A DNA stretch of 47,160 bases, filler included, from Jimgerdemannia flammicorona (Eukaryota): assembly GCA_003990765.1 (NCBI GenBank). It is 2 parts of 2 records of this genome, joined end to end, with 100 filler letters (N's around TTAATTAATTAA, not from the genome) between each part and the next. Parts side by side here need not be neighbours in the genome. Positions count along the whole stretch, not along the records: positions 1 to 23,534 come from RBNJ01001096.1; 1 more part is not named here. One strand, 5' to 3'. Positions within the stretch are counted from its first letter, which is position 1. The number at the start of each line of letters is the position of its first letter. The translations under genes and the position numbers were made by a program. The notes under the pieces were generated by a model. The model was not told the origin of the DNA. It did no database searches and saw only the letters and a list, made by a program, of their open reading frames with translations. Of this stretch, positions 13,095 to 23,634 are shown piece by piece.

Positions 13095-13184
13095 CAGATT
13101 TCCACCTTTCTCTGGTACAATTTATGTTATACCAACTTTAAGCAACAGTTTTTCAATACAACTCAGAGGAAAGGTATTATAACA

Positions 13185-15211
13185 ATATCATTGAGCAAGA
13201 GTTCTGCTGGGTGTGCTGGGTCAGGTAGACCTGGGGCTTTCAGCTAGCAGCATGTAGGGAGGGGTTATGGCCTGGAGATGGGGGCCTTTGGAGGGTCAAA
13301 GGGTGGCGGGGGCTCAGGAGGTGGACTGGTATCTGTTAGCCATGGGGAGAGACCTGGACTTACAAGCTTTGCAGATAAGGTGAAGGAGAGTGGGTGGCCA
13401 GCTAGGATTAGGGCTGGTGCTGTAGTAGAGAAGGGCAAGGTGAGCCTAGAGAGGGGGGGAGTTACTCAGGGGGGGAATGCAAGCATAGGTGATGGAGGTG
13501 TAGTGGCTGGAGATGGAACTGCTGATGGCAGTATGACAGGTAATCAGGAAAAAAAAAGAGATGTGATGGCTGATGGCGGTGTGGGGCAGGGGTTCCTGAT
13601 GCAGAAGGGGGACCTGGCTGATGGTGTGACAGGGCTGGCAGTAGCACTGTTACTCAGGAAGTCAATCTCAGAGTTTGTGGTGATACTGTACTTTCGAGGC
13701 TTGGCAGTGACAGTGAGGATGGTCTTGGGGCTTATCTCAAAGCAGGTGGCTGGGGCTATCTTGGTGAAGTTCCTGAAGGGCCTAGAGGGAGTCGAGGTAG
13801 GCTTTGAGGAGGCAGGCCCACTGGAAGAGATGCTGAAGTCTGGAGTGGTGGTTGGTGAGGTGGTAGTCCCCATGATATACTGCCTGAGGTGGGACCCCAG
13901 GGTGGTGCAGCTGCTGGTGAAGGGGGTGCCTACTGTGACAAAGGAGGAGACTAGGAGAAGAGTGGAGGAGGTGATGGCAGAGTATGGCAATGTGGTGGAT
14001 ATCAGTTTCCAGGTGTGGGAGGGGACCTCTATTAGGACTGGTGATATGGAGGTGAGAATTAGACTGGCAGGAAGGGAGGCCACAGGGAAGATGAGCGACT
14101 GGCCCTCAGTGTTGATGTGGGGGGCTTTTGTTTGTAAGGTGTCAAGGGTGCAAGGGAATGAAGAGGAGGAAGATGACTTGTTGGAGGCACTGGAAGAGTT
14201 GAGTGGTGCTGTTGAGAGGAGGGCAAAGGCCTGGAAGTTGTCTGAGGAGACAACACATCTGGAGATTATTGATGGGAAGAGGATTTGAACTGACAAGGGG
14301 CAGTGGGAGCGGGCCCCAGGGCACAAGTAGCAGAGGGAGTTGTTGGCAAGTATGAGCAGTGGGACTAAGAAGAAGGCAGATGGGGCTGAGGTGTCTGGGG
14401 GCATCGAAGCCAGTGTCTGGGCCAGTAAAGGAGAAGGGGAGGTGGAGGCAGACAAGGAAGGAGCTGGGAAGATGCTGAGCAAGGACCCCTATACTGATGG
14501 CACATTCAAGGTCTGGGAGCAGAAATTGGATGCCACCCCCCCCCCTCTTATCAGGAGGGGCCCAGCTGTGAAGAGAGGGATGACAGAGGATGTACTGATG
14601 CAGGGGGCCCAGCAAGTGCACTTTGGGGTCCCTAATGTGGTGAAAGGGGGCCAGGTGGTGGCAGTTGGCAAGGACAAGCTGATGGATATCTCTGAGGAGG
14701 AGTGGGATGAGGCTGCCAGGTAGGAGCTGATACTTCAATGTTGGATGCAGGGCAGCTAGGGACCCCAGGAGGGAAGGAGGTGGGGAACTTATTGTGGATG
14801 AGCAAGGTGATGGATAACCTTGTAGCAGAGGCATTGGGAGAGGTGGACCTGAGGGTAATGCCTGAGGAGCATTGGGCACAGATTCTGCATAGAGATGGTG
14901 TGGTAGAGGTGCTTAAGGTGGAGATTCTTGTGATCTTCCTGGAGGAGGAGGGGTATGAGGTTGATGAGGGGAGGAAGGCGGAGCTGGTGGTGGTTGCTGG
15001 TGAGTGGGTGGCCTACTGTTGGGCAGAGCATCATAGTTTGCAGCTCTGGCAGGAGGCCTGTCTGAAGTATTGTGAGGACTTTGAGAAGTGAGAAGATGGG
15101 GTAATGGTAGAACTTCTGGGTGGGTTGGAGGCACAGGAAGCTGGAGAAAGGGAACTAGCTGCTGAGCATGACTTGGACTTGGTGCAGGAGGAGCCGAATG
15201 CAGACTTGTAG
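13185..15211 (+). pseudogene. ORF1 of copy D
   Basis: Pieces 13278-14288, 14340-14723 and 14738-15091 are closely similar to ORF1 of copy B. Confidence 0.88.
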
Positions 15212-15240
15212 AGGATAGGATCACTATATATCATTTTCTT

Positions 15241-18200
15241 ATGAACAGTACAACCAACATTTTCTCTTTGAATGTGAATGGGCTAAGGGGATCTGGGTGG
15301 TGTAAGAATATTTTTACTTGGCTCAAGGGATTAGAGGCTGATCTCTTTTTACTACAGGATGTTCAGTGTGAGGATGAGGATAATCAGGTGGAGTGGACTA
15401 GGGAATGGGGTGGGGCTACTGCTTGGTTTAGAAAAGTGGCAATTCTGGTGAGGAAGGGTAGAGGAGACTTGGGGGGAATTAGGAGCTGGGGTGATCGCTT
15501 GGTCTGGGGAGATTGGCATCAGCCAGGGTGGGAGTCAGTGAAGGTTGGCTCTTGCTACTGCCCTGCAGTTAGGGGTGAGAGGACTGTGTAGATTAAGGAG
15601 CTGCTAGAGGAGGGTATTCTCTTTGAGAAAGGGGTTGATGTTCTCAGGGGGGACTTTAATATGGTTTGGGATCAGCATCTAGACAGAACTGATGGAGAGA
15701 GGAGTATAGGGGGGAGAAGTGGAGGTTTGGATGCATGGGAGGAGGTGGAGAAGTTGAGCTCCTTAGTGGATATGGGCAGAACATGGTGGGGCAACACCAG
15801 GGTCTACACACATTGGGTGAATGGCTTGGATATGAGGATTGACTGGATTCTGATGGCAGAGTGCTGGGGTTCCAATATTTGGAAGACATTGGAGGTGGAG
15901 TGGTGCCCATGGTCTGATTACTAGGGACTGTTGGGGTAGGGGCAGTTTGGGAGGAGTGGAGATGGACCTGGACATTGGCACCTTAACTCCTCCCTGCTGG
16001 CTGAGAGGTTGTGGGACTTATGGGTGGAGGACATTCAGGCCAAGGTTGCTATCTGGTGGCATGAGAGTTTGTCTGTGGGTGTCCGTTGGATGAGATTGAA
16101 AGAGGCTGTAAGGGTCTAATGGGGAGGGGCTGATAGAGAAGCTTTGAGATGGAGGAGAAAGTGTACAGAGTGTACTTCTAGCAGGCTGAGGAGACTGCAA
16201 ATGGATTGGACAGATTTGCTTACTTCTGATGAGGTAGAGGATTGGAGGATAGAGTGGGTAAAATTGGAGATAGTGGAACTGCAACAGGTATTGAGAGAAG
16301 AGGAGGAGACTTATATGTGAGGTATGGCTGCTAGGCTGTGGTGGCAGGGGCTTGAGGAGGGTGAGCAGCCTACTAGATACTTATCAAGACTCCTCAAAGC
16401 TTGGAGGGTATGACATCAGTGGGATGGGGTCCTAGATGTCAATGGGGACATGGTGCATGGCACACAACAAATCGTAGTGGTTTTGAAGGAGAGATGGCAG
16501 GGTTTGTAGAGTGAGGGAGAAGGGGGTGCTGATAAGGCGATGATTGCAGATACACTAGAGGAGTGGGGCCGCTGCAAGTAGCTGGACTGAGTAACTTGAT
16601 CTTACCAGTATGGGGAGAGGAGATCCCAAGTGTCCTTGTGGCAACCAAACTTGAAACAGTGCCAGGGGAGGATGGGTTACCATGGGACTTCTGGAAGAAG
16701 ATGGTAAAGGTCCCTGGAGTTTTGGGTGAGATGGCTGCTCTCTGTGACCATGTTCTTCAGAGTGGAGGGTGGGTTGGAGAGCAGGACCTCAGGCTGGTGG
16801 CCTTATTGTACAAAGACAAAGAGAGGAGGGAAGACTGGAAGAACTAGAGACCAATCATGCTTCCGGATATGGACAGGAAGATGGTGACTAAGGTGATTGT
16901 CACAAGGCTGCAGAAAGTTGCCCAATAGGTGCTGGGGGAGGAGCAGTGGGGCTTTGTTGGGGGCAGACTTATAAGGGATGAGACTGCATGGGTGCATGGT
17001 GTCATTGAAGGGGCCTGGGCTTGTGGACTGGATGGAAGATTGGTCTTTTTGGATAAGGAGAAGGCCTACAACTATGTATGATGGGTTTGGCTGAGCAAGA
17101 TGTTAGATCCAATTGGTGTTCCACCAAGATTTCAGGCTTCTATGTTGAATCTGCTAGAGAGCAGTTGGGTAGTGCTGATGTATAATGGACACCAAGGTCT
17201 AGCATTTTCCTTGGGTAGAGGAGTTCCTCAGGGGGACCCTCTATCCCCTATTCTCTATGCCCTTTCATTAGAGCCGTTGATGGATAGGATTCACCAGAAG
17301 GTGGCAGGGCTCTCTATATATGGTATAGTGTGGAAGGTGGGGGCCTTTGCTGATGATATAGTGGTTGGACTTGGGTCTGTGGCAGATGTCAAGGCACTTA
17401 AGGGGACAGTGGAATGGTATGAGGCTCACTCTGGGGCAAAGCTCAACTGGCATAAGTATGAGACAATGGTGCTAGGGAATAGGCTAGTGGGTGGGGACGT
17501 TATTGGAACAATTGTCCCTACTGGTGAGGTGGTGCAGTATCTAGGCATCTTCCTTTCTGTATATGGTTCTGTCTTGCCACAAGTGTGGTAGGAGAGCAGG
17601 GTGACCATGTGGGGGGAGGCTCTTCAAGGTTGGGGAGGCTGCCATATCTCTCTGGCAGGGCAGGTGTCAATTCTGAATGTATACTGGTTCTCCAGCTGTG
17701 GTACGTGGCCTATCACCTAGACTTCCCAGCTTGGGTGGTGAAGAGGATGATGAAGGTGGCTAGAGATTGGATTTGGGCAGGGAGGAGGTCCCAGATCAGT
17801 TGGGACACTCTTGCAACACCAGTGGTCAGGGGAGGTCTTGGCCTTGTGGATTTCCCTAAGAGGTTGCACTGCTTGCAAGCCTGGTGGTTGAAGAGAGCTG
17901 CTGAACTGCAGGGAGGGAGTTGGGTACCTCTGCTGCAGAAGGTATGGGAGATGAGAATCTCCCCTAGAGGGTTCTCAGGAGATCTGCTCTCATTGGTAGG
18001 GCTGAATGGAAATCAGCAGCTGAGGTTTAAGGGCTTTTGGTGGGGAGTGATAGATGGAGCACACCAAATTGACCTGCACTGGCAGGGCAATGAGGGGGAG
18101 GTGATGTGGGGGCCTGATATGTGGCGATGGGATAGACTGCTCCTGGGGGATGCTCCACTGGCTATATTTGATATTGGGGATAGAGTGGAGTGTCAGCAGG

Positions 18201-18895
18201 GTTTTGGCCAGGATCTTTGGCCAAGTGGCTGGCAGGTGGCAGGGATTGGTGAGGAGTGGGACTGGGCAGGTATCTGGTCTTGGAGTGCTGAGGTACAGAG
18301 GTGGCTTTCTCCCAAGTTCTGGGTGGTATGGTGGTGAATGCTGTGGAGAAATGTCATGTTGAATTTCTGCACTAGGCATCTGGTGGACAGTGGCCATTTC
18401 GATTGTAAGGAATGTTGCAATGTAGGGTAAGCTGGGGGTCTTGTGCAGACACTGGAACATTGGCTGGGAGAGTGTGATGTTTTGGGGGACTTTTGGGTAG
18501 AAATAGGGAATAGACTGGGTGTAGAGCAAAGGCCAGTGGGTGAGGGGGGCTGCTGGGAGGACTTGAGGTCACAGCTAGTGAGTGGGGTGGGTGATAGTTG
18601 GCTCACTGTAGGGTGGGTGTTAGCAGTGTGGGTGGGACTAGTGGGCCATTGGCTTTTTGTATTTGAGGAGGGGAGGTAGATGGGGCTGCAGGAGAAGGTA
18701 TTAAGGTGGGAGGAACTGTTGGGGGATCTGCTGACTGGATGGTAGGTGGGTTGGAGTCCCCAGGGGGGGTGACATTGCAGTTTGGTGGCAAAGATCTGTG
18801 AGCAGAGTGGTGGGAGGGTGGAAATTGTATTAGACAAAGTGGTCTTTCAACAGAAAGGGGTAGAGGGGGGGGGGCCCCCTAGGGGGATCAGATAG
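15241..18895 (+). pseudogene. ORF2 of copy D: APE endonuclease, RT, C-terminal zf-RVT-like CCHC; no RNase H recognised
   Basis: APE motifs; GVPQGDPLSP and FADD (~17220-17360); CKEC...TLEHWLGEC (~18400-18480); ends GGPPRGIR*. Confidence 0.92.
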
Positions 18896-18995
18896 GGGGT
18901 GAGATCACTGTATTTATATGGGATATATGGGAATAATAAAGGAAGGAAGTCCAAGTAACTATAAAAAAAAATAAAAAACAAAAAATAAAAATTAA

Positions 18996-19012
18996 AGGAA
19001 GACCATGATAGC
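18996..19012 (+). repeat. Right target-site duplication of copy D
   Basis: aggaagaccatgatagc immediately after the A-tail; matches 13078-13094. Confidence 0.85.
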
Positions 19013-21747
19013 AGAAGATGTTGTCAAACAAGAGTATAACAATGTCTTATACTATTGTAGTGGTAGTAGAAGGTACAAAGTGGGCTTGCTTACTGAGATA
19101 GTCTATGAAGACAGTAATTGTATCTTTTCTATTCTTAGTTCAGGGTAGTTATACAATGAAGTCCATATAGATTTATTCCCAATTAGCTGATAGTACTGAG
19201 ATAGGGTGGAGTAGGCCAGGTTTTGCTAGTGTTGTGAACTTGTTGCATTGGCAGGTATCTCAAGAAGTGATATAGATCTTTAGCTGATCTGCCATTCAGG
19301 GCCAATAGAAGTTTTGGGAAATAACTTCATAGTATTTATCAAATTCTAAATGTCTAGCTATAGGGGCATTATGATATTCAAATAGAATACTCCTTCAGAG
19401 GTCTCAATTGTTTGGAACTTACAATCTGTCCTTATAATAGATAATATTATCCATTAGTTAATAGCAATGATACTGGGTATACTGGTCAGAATTGTCACTG
19501 TTTAGAATTTCTTAGAGTATTTGAGCTTCTTTATTATCAGCACATACTATGATAATTTGTTCCATGATAGAGTTGGTAACCAAGGTGAGAGTTTGGATAA
19601 CTTCTTTGATGGTGGTCTAGAGATTATATTGGTAACAATATTCTCCTTGCCAGAGTGATACTGGATTTTGTGATCAAAGTTGATGAGAACTTTCATCTAT
19701 CTGGCTTGCTTCTGGGAAAGGATAGCCTGGGTCTTGATGTTGACTAATGATTTGTAGTCAGTCAATATGGTGAAGTGTGCTCCTTTAAGATATGGTCACT
19801 ATTTGATTAGAGTGTCTACAATGGCTAACATTTTCTTCTTATAGATTACATAGTTGATTTTGATATTATTGAACTTGTGGGAGTGATAGGCTACAGGGTG
19901 TCCTTCTTGCATGTATACTACTCCAAGAGCTAGGTCAGAGACATCAGTAGTAACTTCATATGGTAGGGCAGAGTTTGCTACTTGAAGTACTGGAGTGATT
20001 ATCAAGGCATCTTTCAGCACTTGAAAGGCTGTATCTTGTCCAGGTTCCCAATTTGCAAGATTATTGAAGTCTTTTTCTTGCTTCATGGTCTAGAGCTGTT
20101 CTTCTTTCTTGCTGTGCTTAGTCATTTGAGTGAGGGCAGTAGCGATCTTGGCAAAGTTGGCAACAAATCACCAGTAATAGTTTGCTAGTTCCAGAAATGA
20201 CTGAAGGTCTTTCAGCTTCTTGGGTCTGGGCTATTCCTTAATTGTGGAGATTTTGCTGGGGTCCACTTTGATTCCATTCAGTTTGAAAATATGTTTAAGG
20301 AATTGAATTTCCTTTAGGAGAAATTTGTATTTGCTAAGTTTTACAAAGAGTCAGTTTTCTCAGAGTTTCAGTAGTACTAGTTTGAGTGTTTAAGATATTC
20401 CTCCAGGGTTTTGCTGAGACTAGAATGTCATCAATATAGACAACAATAAATGTGTCCAGATATGGGTGCAGGATGGTATTCATCAGTATCTGGAAGGTTG
20501 CAGGAGCATTAGTTAAGCCAAAAGGCATAACTAGGAACTCAAAATATCCTTAGCTTCGGAAGGCAGTCTTGTAAATATCTTCTTCTTTCATGGTAATTTG
20601 TCAGTAGCCATTATGCAGATCAAAAGAGCTTATAAATTATGGGTTGGTAAGCCTATTGAAGATTTCATCAATTTAGAGTAGTGAGCAACAGTTCTTAGTA
20701 CTTGCTCATTGAGGTTGCAGTAGTCTATATATATTCATAGGTCTCCTCCTTTCTTGACAACAAAGAAGGGTGTACCATAGGGTGATACACTGGATCTAAT
20801 GAATCCTTGTTCTAGAAGTTCATTAATCTCTTTCTTGAGTATATTAATTTCTCTAGGAGACATATGGTAGATTGATTTGAAGATAGATTTGGCATCTGAG
20901 ATGATCTTGATGGCATGGCCTACTGCTTGTTTAGGTGGTAGACCTTATGGAAGTTTCTTTGGGAATATGTCTTAAATTTCTGGAGTAGGGATCTGAAACA
21001 GCTGTCAACTTTGAAAAAATCTTCTTTAGAGTTCTCAGGTTCTCCTTTGGATAGGCAGATGGAGATGGCAAAGAGAGGGCATTTCTTGGCCAATTTCTTG
21101 AGCTATAGCTTATTAATATGGGTGATCTATGGTCCAGAGTCACTAGAACTGAGTGGGTCCTTTTCACCTTACAGTTTGAAGTTATGGCATCCTTTCTTGA
21201 TAGTCAGAGAATGGTTTACCCAATCGATCATAGGGTTCTCTTATTTCAATCATGGGGTTCCAAGGATAATTTCATTATTAGAAAGTGGTACAACCTGGAG
21301 AGTAACATGTACTCAATAGTCATCAATTCAGAAGGGTAGGTTGTGGACTTCCTTGCTAATGATATGTGAGGTTCTATTAGCTATGGCAACTTTTTGAGTT
21401 TGTTGTACCAGAGAGGTCAGGACCTTGAGTCTGTTGGCTGTTTCTTCATTAATGAAGTTGCCTGAGGCACCACTGTCTATTATAATCTTAATAGGTGCTC
21501 AGTTGATAAAAGCTTGAAGTATAAGCAGTTTGTCTGATCCAATAGTAGTGATTTCAGTTATAAAAGCTTTCCTTCTGTGAGTTCTTCTTTGAGCCAATTC
21601 ATTGACATAAGAGAAGTAATTATTGATCATTCAGAAAGAGTACATTCCAATGTCATGGAGACATCAGCTACTTAGTAGATATCCATCTTCGATTTTCTTA
21701 TAGAATTGTTCTTCTTTACTTGTGGTAGGTTGGGCTAGGGCCTTGTT

Positions 21748-22155
21748 TGATGAGCCAAATCTTTTAGATCCTTGGATGGTGGGTAGTAGTTCAGAGACTT
21801 CCTTAACTATCAGGGTTGACTCAATTTTTTTAAATAGGATCTGGGCAATACAGTAATCAATGGGAATCTTAAAGGATGTCTAACTATAGTTTCAGATGAG
21901 AATAATGATTTTGTCTGTGTAATCCTCATCAATGACTCCTCCTTCTACTGAGAGTCCTTTCAGTGCTAGGCTAATGTGGCAGCATATTCTTCCAACATGT
22001 CCTTCAGGAATCTGAATACTAATTCCTGTATAGACTTGCTTGACTTCTCAGTTGGAAACTGTAGCTTCTTCAGCTACATATAGATCATAACCTGCTGCTT
22101 TTTGACTTCCTTTGATTGGGGTCTTGGCAGTTGGCCTTAACTTGACAAAGTATAC
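21748..22155 (-). pseudogene. dUTPase domain within the gypsy polyprotein
   Basis: Motif 1 AAGYDL (22081-22098), degenerate motif 2 GRICCHISLA, motif 3 GGVIDEDY (~21919-21942), motif 4 IAQIL (~21835-21849), motif 5 QGSKRFGSS (~21748-21775). Confidence 0.9.
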
Positions 22156-23266
22156 AGTCTTTGTAGTCATATTGTTCAGATGATGCAGGGTAGTAACAGT
22201 TGCTTTCATTGCTGTTCAGAGTTTTCAGTTAGGGCAGACACTGGCCATATGTCCTGTCTTTTAGCAATAAAAGCATGCTCTACTTATTCAAAGTTCATTT
22301 CTTTCTCCTTCAGTAAGTTTCTTAAAGATACTCAACTGGGTAGGTTTATAATTTTGGGGCATCCAAGAGGTGGATGTGGAGGATGCTTGAGATGCTTCAT
22401 GCTTGGGTTCTTCTTTCTTATTCCAAGTCTTTTCCTTATTATTGAATTGCCTTTGAGGCAGAATTGGTCTGGCTGTCAGAATTCACTTAACCATAGTCTT
22501 TATTCTTGCCAGGCATCATTGTTGGTGGTCACAACCAACTGAGCATTCTTGTTCTCAGATTTTTCTTGTAAGCTATTCAGGTAGTGCATCAAATTAATGA
22601 TCTGCTCTTATATTATTTTGTACTTCATCATTGGCAATGTATCCTAGACCAATGGTGTTCAGAAGTGACTCAAGTTTTGTACAGAAGGTTTCGAATTCCT
22701 CCTTGTCATGTACATCAAATTTGAGGTTGCAGAGTTTTACTTGATATTCAGCAATCAGAGTTTCACTGCAATATTGAGCAATCATGAGTTGTTTGAGTCC
22801 AGGGGCTGCAGGATGGGCTCTATATCCTGGGGCATTATTTGCTACATTCTGGGCCACTACTATAGATCAGATATTCCATGTAAGGAGTTTTTCAAGAAGG
22901 GTTCACCACTATTCTTCAGCAGGTTCTTAGAAGAATATAACAACTTGACAGATATAGGCTGTAGTAGTAGCAAAGAGTTGTTCCAGAGTGTGATCTTGAT
23001 TGTTTGTCAGAAGACAGTCAGCAACTTGCTCATTGGTCCATTGATTGGCTTCAAAGTTGATATCAACCATACTAATGAAGCTTTGAACTTCATGTGCAGT
23101 ACCATTGAAGGTAGGTAGGCTCAGACTTTTTGTTGGTTGGGCCTATTCTGCTAAGACAGCAATGGTTGCTGCCATTATGGCTACCTGGGCTATGAGGTCT
23201 AGAATCTGTTGTTTTGCCATATTGTTTACTGGAGGTGGTTGGACTGCTGGTAGTGGTATTACTGGT

Positions 23267-23534
23267 AGGGGGACCATCTATCCCCTATTCTCTATGCCCT
23301 ATCACTGGAGCCGTTGATGGATAGAATTCGCCGGAGGATAGCAGGGCTCTCTATCTATGGTATAGTGTGGAAGGTGGGGGCCTTTGCTGATGATATGGTG
23401 GTTGGACTTGGGTCTGTGGTGGATGTAGGGGAACTTAGGGAGATGGTGGAATGGTACGAGGCTCATTCCGGGGCGAAACTCAACTGGCATAAGTGTGAGA
23501 CAATGGTGCTAGGGAATGGGTTGGTGGGAGGGGA
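23267..23534 (+). mobile_element. 5'-truncated non-LTR fragment E (RT core) joined to gypsy gag; runs into the gap
   Basis: GDHLSPILYALSLEPLMDRI...WKVGAFADDMVV...GNGLVG. Confidence 0.88.
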
Positions 23535-23634
23535 NNNNNNNNNNNNNNNNNNNNNNNNNNNNNNNNNNNNNNNNNNNNTTAATTAATTAANNNNNNNNNN
23601 NNNNNNNNNNNNNNNNNNNNNNNNNNNNNNNNNN
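23535..23634. other. Assembly gap with artificial six-frame-stop linker (44 N + TTAATTAATTAA + 44 N)
   Basis: Symmetric 100-nt spacer; TTAATTAATTAA gives stops in all six frames. Confidence 0.95.

Larger units (their letters stand above)
13095..18995 (+). mobile_element. Full-length L1/Tx1-like non-LTR retrotransposon copy D (~5.9 kb, inactive)
   Basis: Short 5' UTR; ORF1 (start decayed to ATA at 13185, TAG 15209-15211); ORF2 15241-18895; AATAAA 18935-18940; A-rich tail 18961-18995; flanking ~17-bp TSD. Confidence 0.95.
18996..23266 (-). mobile_element. Decayed Ty3/gypsy LTR retrotransposon internal region: gag-dUTPase-PR-RT-RH-IN (LTRs not seen)
   Basis: Gag knuckle CFYC*KTGHMASVC (~22234-22275); protease IDSGASGNFI (~21450-21480); [15 protein letters not shown]...YIDDILV; RNase H TDVSDLALG; integrase HH-CC and MDF...HGLP. 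Confidence 0.93.

Noticed and set aside
813..14879. Long antisense ORFs over LINE ORF1 (e.g. 1708-2733 +, 820-1587 +, 13544-14482 -)
   Set aside because: These are Ser/Pro/Thr-rich shadows of a G-rich sense strand that rarely contains TTA/CTA/TCA. Their boundaries differ between copies and no domain is recognisable.
23579..23590. Palindromic TTAATTAATTAA
   Set aside because: It is centred in a 100-nt N spacer and is a scaffolding linker, not biology.
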